Of a DNA stretch of 64,000 nt, positions 17,692 through 26,787 are shown piece by piece. Location: positions 72,632 to 136,631 of the forward strand of contig CAMXWF010000002.1 of the NCBI GenBank assembly GCA_947252645.1. The letters run 5' to 3'. Every line of letters begins with the position of its first letter. Position 1 is the stretch's first letter. The translations under genes were made by a program, and so were the position numbers. The notes below the pieces were generated by a model. It worked only from the letters and a program-made list of their open reading frames with translations. It searched no databases and was not told where the DNA came from. The stretch is from an uncultured Bacteroidia bacterium. Lineage in GTDB: Bacteria; Bacteroidota; Bacteroidia; Bacteroidales; CAJPTX01.

Positions 17692-20562
17692 ATGCGAAAA
17701 GATGAGTCGATCTGTCGGCGCACGCACATCGCCCTGCGCAGGCTCTTCGGCCTGTGGCTCGTCCTGCTAGTCCTAGCCCCCGCAAGCGCGCAGTTCTACA
17801 TCGGGGGCACAGAGCCCCTCAACGGCCCCCTCAAGCAAATCGTACTACCACCATTCAGGGTCATCTACCAGCCACACCAAGACTCCCTCGCGGGGCTGGC
17901 AGCGGACTACCTAGCGCGCTACCACCACCTCACCGCCCTCTCCAAGCAACGAAACCGACCCTTTCCCATCCTCCTGCGGGGCCTCACCCCCAACGCCAAC
18001 GGTATGGTGGCCTGGACGCCCTCGCGCATGGAACTCTACCCCCTGACGGCAGGCGAACTGGCCACTCCCAGACCGTGGCTCCAACACCTCGTCGCACACG
18101 AAATACGACACTACGCCCAGATGGAAGCCCTCGACAAGGCCTGGTTCAGAGCCCTATATTTCCTCCTGGGCCAGGCCAACGTCGCGTTGGCCTCTGCCAT
18201 CGCACCACCATGGCTCCTGGAAGGCGATGCCATCCACAGCGAAAGCCGCTTCGGACGCTTCGGACGAGCCATGGAGGCTAACCACCTACAGGCCTACCGA
18301 GCCGACCTGCTCAACGGCACTCCCAGAAATTACGACCAGTATCTCAATCGCAGCTTCCGCTACTACATGCCAAACCACTACACCTTCGGCTCGCTCCTAG
18401 TGGAATATGCCTACGACCGCTACGGTGAACAGTTCTGGCCCCAAGTATTCGAGTATGCCACCCGACATCTCCACTACATCCTTCCCTACCACTTCGCGCT
18501 AAAAAAGTATGCCGGCGTCGGGATAAGAAATCTTTTTGATTCCGCCTTCCTCGCCCTCGATTCCGTCTTCCGCCAACGCACCGAGCCGGGCGAGCTGCCG
18601 CCAGCTGAGCCCCTCGCGCACTTCGAAGACCAGCGCTACCCCCACCTCGCCCCCAATGCCCACTACCTCTACTACTGGCACTGGGACTTATCCCACACCA
18701 TGGGCCTCTATCGACTCGACCAGGCAACCCATACAAAAAAACGCCTGCTCCGCCCTGGCAGCCTGCTCGGCCGTCCACGCTACCGCAATAACCTAGTCAT
18801 CTGGCCAGAATTCAGGCAACACTCCCGCTGGGCCCTGCTGGCCTCGGCCGATGTCTACCTCGCCTCCCTGCCCGCGGGCAAGCTCAGAAGGCTCACCCGG
18901 GGCGCCATGCTCCTCTCTCCCGACATCCTGCACGGCGACTCCACCTTTACTGCCATCTCCGTGGCCCCTAATGGGCATCAAGAACTACAGATGCGTGCCC
19001 TAGCCAACGGAAGACTACTACGCACGGCCAAGATACACCAGTCCCTCGAACTGCGGGAAGCCGTCAACCACACCTCCAAGCAGCTCACGCTCCTCCGCGC
19101 GGTCAACGATCAGGGCACCTTGCTCTTCGCGTACTGCTGGGACACCGATTCCCTCATCGCGCTCTTACCCCCACAGCTACTCGACATCTCCAACCTCCAG
19201 CCCACCGATTCGGGCTTTTTCTTCACCATGAGCCACCGGGGACGCATACAGCCCTATTTCGCGTCCACCGACGGGCTACACCCCCCCACCCAGTTCTACC
19301 GTATCCCCCTAGCCAACCATGGCGTCGAGGACCTCAACGCACGCACACCGGCGTCCCTTATGCTCGCACGCTACACCGTCAACGGCTACCGCTACCAGCA
19401 GCTAGACTCCCTCTCCCTAGAGCCTGTGCTGGAGCTCAAGCCCGCCGAGCCCATCTTCCCACTCCGGCCTGTCGATCACGGGCCCCACACGCCAGATTCC
19501 CTTGCGCGCCCCGTGCGCTCCAAGCCCTACTCTCGTTTTACCCACGCCATCCGCGTACACAGCTGGGCACCCCTCCACTTCGATGCCCTCGGCGGAACTC
19601 CTGCTCCCACCTGGGGCTTCTCGCTCTACTCGCAGAACTCCCTCGGCTCCTTGGCCGCCACCGCCTCCTACTTCTACAATGGCTACCACGGTGCTCAGCT
19701 CCACGTGCTCTACGATGCCCTCTGGCCACGTATAGAAGCCCAGATCGTTTATGGGGGCGCACGCGCCGTGACCTATTCCACCCAGAGCACCTACTCCAAC
19801 GACCTGGCCCTACAGGGCACGCTCGCGCTCAACCTCCCCTTGCACCTCCGCCAAGGGGCCTGGAGCTTCTACCTTGCCCCCCTCGTGGCCATACAGGCCA
19901 CCAACGACACCTATTTCCCCCCTAGCGCCCCATCGGCCTTCCAGGGCTTACTCAAGCTACGCTATGGCCTGACCACCGCCGCCACACAGGTCAAAGCCCC
20001 ACGAGACCTCTACCCCCGTTTCGGCCTGCAACTCTCGGCCTACGGAGTCCATGTACTCTTCCCCCAGGCCCTCTTCGGGGAGCTGCTGCGCGCCGGCACC
20101 ACGCTCTACCTCCCGGGCTTTTACACTAACCACTCTTTCCGCCTCTCGGGAAGCTACGTGGACCAAACGCATGCCACCTATCGCGCCCTATTCACTGCCC
20201 CTAGCCGAGGCCGGGGGCTTTTCCCCTCCGCCCTAGGGCAGGATGCCACCAAGGCCTGGATGGCCGCCGCCGACTATACCCTCCCCCTAGCCTACCCCGA
20301 CCTGCGATGGGGAGTCCTGGCCTATTTTAAGCGCATCTACCTCAACCTCTCGGGCGCCTACACGCGTTTCCGCTCCAACTCCAATGGTTGGCAACAGCTC
20401 CGCGCCATTGGCCTCTCTTGGGGAATTGATCTACACCTCCTCCGCCTGCCTCCCATGATCAGCATCCTCCTCTCCGCCAACTATAGCCCCTGGGGCGACC
20501 ACCTATCCAAGCTCAAGCCCTACAATTGGGGCTTCGATGTGGACTTCAATGTCTCCCTCTAG
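17692..20562 (+). CDS. Large secreted/outer-membrane hypothetical protein with an HExxH zinc-metallopeptidase-like motif
   Basis: Signal peptide (LVLLVLAPASAQ); LVAHEIRHYAQ at about residue 135; aromatic-rich C-terminal third with alternating pattern suggestive of a beta-barrel. No family recognised. Confidence 0.6.
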   Translation: MRKDESICRRTHIALRRLFGLWLVLLVLAPASAQFYIGGTEPLNGPLKQIVLPPFRVIYQPHQDSLAGLAADYLARYHHLTALSKQRNRPFPILLRGLTPNANGMVAWTPSRMELYPLTAGELATPRPWLQHLVAHEIRHYAQMEALDKAWFRALYFLLGQANVALASAIAPPWLLEGDAIHSESRFGRFGRAMEANHLQAYRADLLNGTPRNYDQYLNRSFRYYMPNHYTFGSLLVEYAYDRYGEQFWPQVFEYATRHLHYILPYHFALKKYAGVGIRNLFDSAFLALDSVFRQRTEPGELPPAEPLAHFEDQRYPHLAPNAHYLYYWHWDLSHTMGLYRLDQATHTKKRLLRPGSLLGRPRYRNNLVIWPEFRQHSRWALLASADVYLASLPAGKLRRLTRGAMLLSPDILHGDSTFTAISVAPNGHQELQMRALANGRLLRTAKIHQSLELREAVNHTSKQLTLLRAVNDQGTLLFAYCWDTDSLIALLPPQLLDISNLQPTDSGFFFTMSHRGRIQPYFASTDGLHPPTQFYRIPLANHGVEDLNARTPASLMLARYTVNGYRYQQLDSLSLEPVLELKPAEPIFPLRPVDHGPHTPDSLARPVRSKPYSRFTHAIRVHSWAPLHFDALGGTPAPTWGFSLYSQNSLGSLAATASYFYNGYHGAQLHVLYDALWPRIEAQIVYGGARAVTYSTQSTYSNDLALQGTLALNLPLHLRQGAWSFYLAPLVAIQATNDTYFPPSAPSAFQGLLKLRYGLTTAATQVKAPRDLYPRFGLQLSAYGVHVLFPQALFGELLRAGTTLYLPGFYTNHSFRLSGSYVDQTHATYRALFTAPSRGRGLFPSALGQDATKAWMAAADYTLPLAYPDLRWGVLAYFKRIYLNLSGAYTRFRSNSNGWQQLRAIGLSWGIDLHLLRLPPMISILLSANYSPWGDHLSKLKPYNWGFDVDFNVSL

Positions 20563-20611
20563 CCCCACCCCCTTGCCTGCTGGCCACATGCCGCGCCTCG
20601 GTGATAAATAC

Positions 20612-20619
20612 TAACTTCG
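20612..20619 (+). promoter_or_regulatory. Candidate -7 box TAacTTCG upstream of sppA
   Basis: TAnnTTCG variant 24 nt before ATG 20644. Confidence 0.3.
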
Positions 20620-20643
20620 CGCGTTGCATAATCTAACACGCCC

Positions 20644-22446
20644 ATGAAGTCCTTCTTCAAAATGGTGCTCGCAGTGATTGTGGGCTATCTCCTGCTCTCG
20701 CTGCTCTCCCTGTTGGCCATGTTGCCCTTTATCCTCTTGGTCGCCGCCTCGGATTCTGGACCCACGGTGGAGCCTCACTCTATCCTACGGATTAACCTAG
20801 GGCAGCCTATTGTCGAACGCGCGTATTTTTCCTCGCCCTTCTCCTTCTCTCGCCTGCCCAGCAAAGCAAGCTACGACCAGATCGAGCTGCTCCCGGCCCT
20901 AGAGGCCATCGACCACGCCATGGTCGACGACAAAATCACAGGGATCTACTTGGATTGTTCCGACTTCGCCCTAGACTTCTACAGCTCCGAGGAACTGCTA
21001 GCCAAGCTCCAGGAATTCGCCCAGGTGCCGGGGAAGTTCATCTATGCCTACGCCCCCAGCTTCTCCCAGTTTAACTACCTGCTGGCCTCCACCGCGGATA
21101 GCATTTTCATGAACCCAGCGGGCGACTTTTCTTGGTCGGGCTTGTCCACCACCGTCCTCTACATGAAAGACCTCTTCGACAAGCTGGGCATCGAGCCCCA
21201 GGTCGTCCGACACGGCAAATACAAGTCGGCCGTCGAGCCTTGCATCTCCAACCGCATGAGTGAGGCCAACCGCGAGCAGATCCTCTCCTACCTCAATGGC
21301 CTCTTTGGCTTCTTTACCCAAACCGTCGCTGAGGCCCGCCATATCCCCGTAGATTCCCTCAATGCCTTCGCCAACAACGTCTACCTCACGGGGGCCGACC
21401 GTGCGCTCAAGGCCGGCTTCATCGACGCCGAGGCCTACATCGATCAGCTCGACTCCCTGCTCATCGCCAAGTCGGGCCAACGCGACACCACCACCCCCAA
21501 CTTCGTTGACTTCGAGGACTACGTGGAGTACGCCAGCCGACACCGCGCCAAGAACAGGCCCAATGCGCCCCGCGTGGCCGTGCTCTACGCCCAGGGCAAC
21601 ATCGTGCAAACCGATGGCACCGAGCGTGAGATCGGCTCCCAGGGCTTCATCGACCTCATTAACGAACTCCGCACCGATGACGACATCCACGCCGTGGTGC
21701 TGCGCATCTGCTCGGGCGGCGGGAGCGCGCTGGCTTCCGAGGAAATCTGGCGCGCCCTCGAACTCCTCAAAGCGGAAAAGCCCCTCGTAGTCTCTATGGG
21801 CTCCATGGCCGCCTCCGGGGGCTACTATATTGCCAGCGGGGCCGACCGCATATTCGCCGACCGCACCACCCTCACCGGCTCCATCGGGGTCTTCGGCCTC
21901 TTCTTTACCGCCGAGTCCCTCTTTGCCGATAAGCTCGGGCTCACCCCGCAGCCTGTAAGAACCCACCAGCATGCAGACCTAGGCTCCCTCTTCCGCGGCA
22001 TGAGCGACCAGGAAAATAAAGTCCTCCAGGATATGGTAGAACGTGTCTATGGCACTTTCACCACCCGGGTGGCCGATGGACGTAAGTTGCGCCTGACCTA
22101 TGTCGATTCCATAGGCCAGGGCCGCGTATGGACAGGCGAGCAGGCCAGGGCCAACGGCCTGGTTGACTCCATTGCTGGCCTGCAGTCGGCTATCAAAACC
22201 GCGGCAGAGCTCGCGGCCCTCGACTCCTACCGCGTCAACGCCTATCCCAAGGTGAAAGACCAATTCCTCAAAAAATATCTCAAAACCCTCATGGGGGGCT
22301 TCGGCAGCGCAAGCCAAAATGCCCAGCTGCCCCTCGTGGATGAGCAGGTGGAGCTGCTCCGCCAAGTGGAGCAGATGCGGGGCATCCAGGCCCGCCTTCC
22401 TTTCCAGCTCTATCCGCCCAGAGCCAACGCCCAGCGCGTTTGGTAG
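20644..22446 (+). CDS. sppA: Signal peptide peptidase SppA, 67K type
   Basis: N-terminal TM and two ClpP/crotonase-like halves; catalytic region VVSMGSMAASGGYYIASGADRIFA; 600 aa. Confidence 0.88.
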   Translation: MKSFFKMVLAVIVGYLLLSLLSLLAMLPFILLVAASDSGPTVEPHSILRINLGQPIVERAYFSSPFSFSRLPSKASYDQIELLPALEAIDHAMVDDKITGIYLDCSDFALDFYSSEELLAKLQEFAQVPGKFIYAYAPSFSQFNYLLASTADSIFMNPAGDFSWSGLSTTVLYMKDLFDKLGIEPQVVRHGKYKSAVEPCISNRMSEANREQILSYLNGLFGFFTQTVAEARHIPVDSLNAFANNVYLTGADRALKAGFIDAEAYIDQLDSLLIAKSGQRDTTTPNFVDFEDYVEYASRHRAKNRPNAPRVAVLYAQGNIVQTDGTEREIGSQGFIDLINELRTDDDIHAVVLRICSGGGSALASEEIWRALELLKAEKPLVVSMGSMAASGGYYIASGADRIFADRTTLTGSIGVFGLFFTAESLFADKLGLTPQPVRTHQHADLGSLFRGMSDQENKVLQDMVERVYGTFTTRVADGRKLRLTYVDSIGQGRVWTGEQARANGLVDSIAGLQSAIKTAAELAALDSYRVNAYPKVKDQFLKKYLKTLMGGFGSASQNAQLPLVDEQVELLRQVEQMRGIQARLPFQLYPPRANAQRVW

Positions 22447-22535
22447 GTATCGCGCTTACCCACGCCTTTAATCCCGGGCGTGTCCACTGCCAGTGGACAC
22501 GCCCGGCTTCTTCCTAGGCTACGCCAGCTTTCCCG
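22226..22535. repeat. 310-bp direct repeat, copy 1 (last 221 nt of sppA plus terminator region)
   Basis: Read base for base against 26788-27097: identical, offset 4562 bp. Confidence 0.9.
22474..22506 (+). terminator. sppA terminator-like hairpin
   Basis: CCGGGCGTGTCCACTG / CAGTGGACACGCCCGG 16-nt inverted arms, 28 nt after the sppA stop. No clear U tract. Confidence 0.5.
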
Positions 22536-22667
22536 ATCGCCCCCTCACGCTAAGATACAACCAACCTTCGTTTTTGTTCTAGATGGCGCACTGATGTGAA
22601 ATGCAATCCATAAACCTCTCCCGCTAATGCGCAGCGCATGCCTACCCCATCTACCCCGTTCCCCCAT

Positions 22668-22711
22668 CGTATCAAACCCAATTATTCTCGGAGATAATTG
22701 GGTTTGATACG
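22668..22711. repeat. Perfect 18-bp inverted repeat (hairpin) upstream of the LRR gene
   Basis: CGTATCAAACCCAATTAT - 8 nt - ATAATTGGGTTTGATACG; AT-rich stem about 200 nt upstream of ATG 22909. Confidence 0.6.
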
Positions 22712-22908
22712 GCTTAGATACGGGTCCATGGGAATCAATTGGGAGCCGCGGCGTGGTGCACTTTCTGATTATTGCCCTACGGAAATGCACGCCACGCACA
22801 GTATGATTACGCAAAGAATCAGCCAACGGACGATGGGGGCGTCGCATCAAAAAACTTCACGTACCTTCACGGCGGATTTGACGATACACTTAAAAATTGG
22901 ATAGAATT

Positions 22909-25389
22909 ATGACGCAGTTCGTACGAGTGATGGCACTAATGGTGCTTTTTGCGCTGGGCGCATGGAATGCAAAGGGGCAAGCACAGCAAGGTTGGACGGA
23001 ATACGCTGTAAACGGCGTAACGTGGTTGGTACAGAAAATGGATGGAGCCGATGTGTATCGGATTAAACCGAAAGATAAAACGATTGGAGAAATCAGCATC
23101 CCTGCCCTAATAGATAATGGAAGCATTAAGGTTGTTGAGATTGCAGAAGATGCATTTACAAGATATGGTAGAGACCTGACTAAAGTGACCATTAGCAGCG
23201 GCATTGAGACCATCGGGCAGGCCGCCTTCAAGGGCTGCGAGAACCTCAAGGAGGTGACCATTGAGGAGGGCGTGAAGACCATTGGCTACAAAGCCTTCTA
23301 CGGATGCAAGAGCATCAAATCGCTAGTCATCCCCGCCACGGTGGAAACAGTCGTGGGGAACGAGAATACCTTTTCAGGCGCAGGATCATTCGAGGGGTGC
23401 AACGCACTGACCTCCCTCAAAATTAGTGCGAAGACCATCGGGCGCGGCGCATTCAAGGGCTGCGAGAACCTCAAGGAGGTGACCATTGAGGAGGGCGTGA
23501 AGACCATCGCCTACCAAGCCTTCTACGGATGCAAGAGCATCAAGTCGCTAGTCATACCCGCCTCGGTGGAAACCCTAGCGGGGAACGAGAATACCTTTTC
23601 GGGCGAAGGGTCATTCGAGGGGTGCAACGCGCTGACCACCCTCAGCATCGGCGTGAAGACCATCGGGAGGGCCGCCTTCAAAAACTGCAAAAACCTCAAG
23701 ACAGTGACCATTGAGGAGAGCGTGAAAACCATCCGCTTCGAGGCCTTTGGCGGGTGCGAGAGCATTGAGTCGCTGCGCATCCCCGCCACGGTGGAAACCG
23801 TTGTGGGGAACGAGGACCTCCATACGACCCGAGGGAGCTTCGAGGGGTGCAACGCGCTGACCACCCTCAGCATCGGCGCGAAGACCATCGGGCGCGGCGC
23901 ATTCAAGGGCTGCGAGAACCTCAAGGAGGTGACCATTGAGGAGGGCGTGAAGACCATCGCCTACCAAGCCTTCTATGGGTGCAAGAGCATCGAGTCGCTA
24001 GTCATCCCCGTCTCGGTGGAAACCCTAGCGGGGAACGAGAATACCTTTTCGGGCGAAGGATCATTCGAGGGGTGCAGCGCACTGACCTCCCTCAAAATCG
24101 GCGTGCAAGCCATTGGACGCAGCACATTCAAGGGCTGCGAGAACCTCAAGGAGGTGACCATTGAGGAGGGCGTGAAGACCATTGGCTACCAAGCCTTCTA
24201 TGGGTGCAAGAGCATCGAGTCGCTAGTCATCCCCGCCACGGTGGAAACCGTTGTGGGGAACGAGAATACCTTTTCGGGCGAAGGATCATTTGAGGGGTGC
24301 AGCGCACTGGCCTCCCTCAAAATCGGCGCGCAAACCATTGGACGCTATGCATTCAAGGGCTGCGAGAACCTCAAAGAGGTGACCATTGAGGAGGGCGTGA
24401 AGACCATCGCCTACCAAGCCTTCTACGGATGCAAGAGCATCGAGTCGCTAGTCATCCCCGCCTCGGTGGAAACCCTAGCTGGGAACGAGAATACCTTTTC
24501 GGGCGAAGGGTCCTTCGAGGGGTGTAGCGCACTGGCCACCCTTAAAATCGGCGCGAAGACCATCGGGCGAGCCGCATTTAAGGGCTGCGAGAACCTCAAG
24601 GAGGTGACCATTGAGGAGGGTGTGAGAACCATCGCCTACCAGGTCTTTGGCGGGTGCAAAAGCATTGAGTCGCTAGTCATCCCCGCCACGGTAGAAACCG
24701 TTGTGGGGAACGAGAATACCTTTTCGGGCGAAGGGTCATTTGAGGGATGCAGCGCGCTGGCCTCCCTCAAAATCGGCGCGCAAACCATTGGATGCGGCGC
24801 ATTCAAGGACTGCGGGAACCTCAAGGAGGTGACCATTGAAAAGGGTGTGAGAACCATTAAGGACGAAGCCTTTTCTGGCTGTAGAAAGATTACAAAAATT
24901 ACCGTTCCTAGCAGTGTAACCGAAATTGGGCTGAATGCTTTTGGCAGCTGCGCTGCGCTTAACGATGTAGTTTGGCTTGCGGCTGCTAATTGCAATGTGA
25001 GCGACGATGCATTCAAGAACATAGCGCAACCCGCCATTCTCCACGTAAGGCTGGGAGAAAAAGCGAAAATAGAGAGTAATGGAAAAACGTGGTGGCATCC
25101 TTTTACCATAGTAGAAGACGGAGTCGCCGATATTTCAGCCGTGGAAAGCACGCTGCTTGCCGAGGTGCGGGTAGTGCCTAACCCCATGCACAATACGTTA
25201 ACGCTTGAGGGAACCTCTTCGGCTATACGTGTGGAGGTGTACAGCGTGGCGGGAACACTGATGCAAACCTACACCCCACACGGCGAACCACGTATCGAGA
25301 TAGCCGCTGACGGGTGGCCCAGCGGAGTATACATGGTGCGTATGGTCGCGCAAGATGGGGCTAGAGTGATGCAGGTAGTAAAACGCTAA
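22909..25389 (+). CDS. BspA-type leucine-rich-repeat surface protein with T9SS C-terminal sorting domain
   Basis: Signal peptide MTQFVRVMALMVLFALGAWNAKGQA. About 24 LRR modules of the AFxGCxxLxxVxIxxxVxxIG type. C-terminal VRVVPNPMHNTLTLEG...VEVYSVAGTLM...WPSGVYMVRMVAQDGARVMQVVKR matches the Por/T9SS CTD pattern. Start moved from TTG 22897 to ATG 22909. Confidence 0.85.
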   Translation: MTQFVRVMALMVLFALGAWNAKGQAQQGWTEYAVNGVTWLVQKMDGADVYRIKPKDKTIGEISIPALIDNGSIKVVEIAEDAFTRYGRDLTKVTISSGIETIGQAAFKGCENLKEVTIEEGVKTIGYKAFYGCKSIKSLVIPATVETVVGNENTFSGAGSFEGCNALTSLKISAKTIGRGAFKGCENLKEVTIEEGVKTIAYQAFYGCKSIKSLVIPASVETLAGNENTFSGEGSFEGCNALTTLSIGVKTIGRAAFKNCKNLKTVTIEESVKTIRFEAFGGCESIESLRIPATVETVVGNEDLHTTRGSFEGCNALTTLSIGAKTIGRGAFKGCENLKEVTIEEGVKTIAYQAFYGCKSIESLVIPVSVETLAGNENTFSGEGSFEGCSALTSLKIGVQAIGRSTFKGCENLKEVTIEEGVKTIGYQAFYGCKSIESLVIPATVETVVGNENTFSGEGSFEGCSALASLKIGAQTIGRYAFKGCENLKEVTIEEGVKTIAYQAFYGCKSIESLVIPASVETLAGNENTFSGEGSFEGCSALATLKIGAKTIGRAAFKGCENLKEVTIEEGVRTIAYQVFGGCKSIESLVIPATVETVVGNENTFSGEGSFEGCSALASLKIGAQTIGCGAFKDCGNLKEVTIEKGVRTIKDEAFSGCRKITKITVPSSVTEIGLNAFGSCAALNDVVWLAAANCNVSDDAFKNIAQPAILHVRLGEKAKIESNGKTWWHPFTIVEDGVADISAVESTLLAEVRVVPNPMHNTLTLEGTSSAIRVEVYSVAGTLMQTYTPHGEPRIEIAADGWPSGVYMVRMVAQDGARVMQVVKR
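23221..24900 (+). repeat. About 7.5 tandem copies of a 225-bp (75-codon) unit inside the LRR gene
   Basis: Core TGCGAGAACCTCAAGGAGGTGACCATTGAGGAGGGCGTGAAGACCAT recurs at 23236, 23461, 23911, 24136, 24361 and 24586, with diverged copies at 23686 and 24811. All are in 225-bp register. Confidence 0.9.
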
Positions 25390-25418
25390 ACACACACACA
25401 GGATATACTACGGGGTAT

Positions 25419-25444
25419 GCGGGCGGACCAGCGTGTCCGCCCGC
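25419..25444 (+). terminator. Terminator-like GC-rich hairpin after the LRR gene
   Basis: GCGGGCGGAC - CAGCGT - GTCCGCCCGC 10-bp stem, 30 nt after the stop. No U tract. Confidence 0.45.
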
Positions 25445-26031
25445 GCCGTATTAGCCCTCATAACGCCTCGGTATAAGCCCAAGCTAAGACTACAGCCGAA
25501 CTCGGCCATAGCAGAATGTGAAAATGGATGGTCTCTTAGCTCTAGTTCAATGCAGGGGTATAGCTATACAGAGGCACCCCGCTACAGCTAGAAGGGTAGC
25601 TACGCGTCATGAAATAGGAGACTAGCCCCCCACACACTTCCCCCTCCTGGGTTTGCGCATCAATGCAGTCCTATCAGTAGAACGAGTACTGAAGCCGAAA
25701 ATCTTTAGCCATTCAGCCTATTGCCATAAGGGTGAAACGGTATAGAAGAGTGACCGGCGGAACCCTCCCGTACAATCCCTACGTTGAACTCGCATTCCTT
25801 TAGTTCCCTTTAGAATACGGTGATTCAAGGTAGTATCCCAAAAAGTGTGTAAGGCAGAACGTCTCTTTGAACTTCAGATGTACCTATCTTTTCGCTTTGC
25901 TTCCCGTAAAAAACAAAAAATAAACCTAAAAAGAATTAGGGCAAGGCTGTCGGAGCGAAGCGGAGGCACCGCCTTGCCGTATCCTTTTGGGTTGATACCT
26001 TTGTGTCGGGAAGTAAAGCGCATCATGCTGT

Positions 26032-26787
26032 TTACCATTCATCTACTCTCGTCAGCCCGGCAGAGAGGGCCCCTATTCTTTTCCTCAGGTAGGTGGCGTT
26101 CGTTGCTATGCTACCGATGAGATGGAGGGCCGATTTTACGCTCGGGAGGGCGCGCTTGTACCGTGCCCCTTTTTTGTTTCCCGATTGAAGCGCTCCAGCC
26201 AGTTGGTGCTGTGGATATACCTCCGGGCCCTCACGTCGTACTTGAGGTAGGTGAAGTAGTACTTGATCCGCTCCCCGCGCGCGACTTTAGAGAGGAAGGG
26301 GTAGTGCCCCCCCCCCCAGCGATCGGCAAAGGCCCTGAAGCGCATCACCCACTCCAGGGGAGCGCGCCCGGCGCTCCCGTAGCCAGAAACCTCATGGAGT
26401 TCCCCCGTGAAGGCAGACTTGTCTCTCGGCCGAACCTTTCGTGTCAGCTCCCTTCGGAGATGCACGGCGCAGAGCTGGACCTCTGCCCCCGGGAAGTGCT
26501 GCCTCGCTACCTCCTCTATACTATTGAGCTCATCCGAAATGATCAGGCCGACTTCCTCTAGCCCCCGGCGCTTCAAGTCCCCGAAGAACTCCCCCCAAAT
26601 ACCGCTCCCCTCCGTGGGGTTATTATACACCCCAACAATATCCCTCCGCCCCTCCCGGTCAAGGCTCATCACCACAAAGAAGGCCTCCTTGCTGACGCTG
26701 CCCCCCATCGAACCGACAGGAAGGTAGCATCAATAGCAAGGGCCTCAAGAGCCCGTGGGAGGGGCCTCCAGCTCCACGCCTCCACTG
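26032..26787 (-). mobile_element. IS256/Mutator-family transposase remnant, 5'-truncated and carrying two frameshifts
   Basis: Track ORF 26136..26708 has the IS256 core (LIISDELNSIEE...FPGAEVQLCAVHLRRE; STNWLERFNRETKK). My translation of 26709-26787 in another frame gives AVEAWSWRPLPRALEALAIDATFLSVR, the first-Asp region. 26032-26170 in a third frame gives KRALPSVKSALHLIGSIATN...DEW-stop. The shifts sit at a G6 run (26701-26706) and an A6G4 run (26166-26175). About 150 N-terminal codons are missing. Confidence 0.75.

Noticed and set aside
20998-21972. 324-aa ORF antisense to sppA, plus similar long antisense or off-frame ORFs (11952..12587 opposite lpxA, 36560..37369 opposite prfB, 38591..39442 opposite uvrB, 39743..40396 and 41264..41926 opposite the prolyl oligopeptidase, 5388..5879, 6305..6793, 31118..31735)
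   Set aside because: They overlap genes with unambiguous family motifs on the other strand. They have Arg/Gly/Pro/His/Leu-heavy composition typical of shadow ORFs in GC-rich DNA and lack promoter boxes.
23298-24632. Ladder of near-identical minus-strand ORFs (MVFTPSSMVTSLRFSQPLN...) at 23298, 23523, 23973 and 24423
   Set aside because: They are an artefact of the 225-bp tandem repeat in the plus-strand LRR gene. The same open antisense frame is simply copied with each unit.
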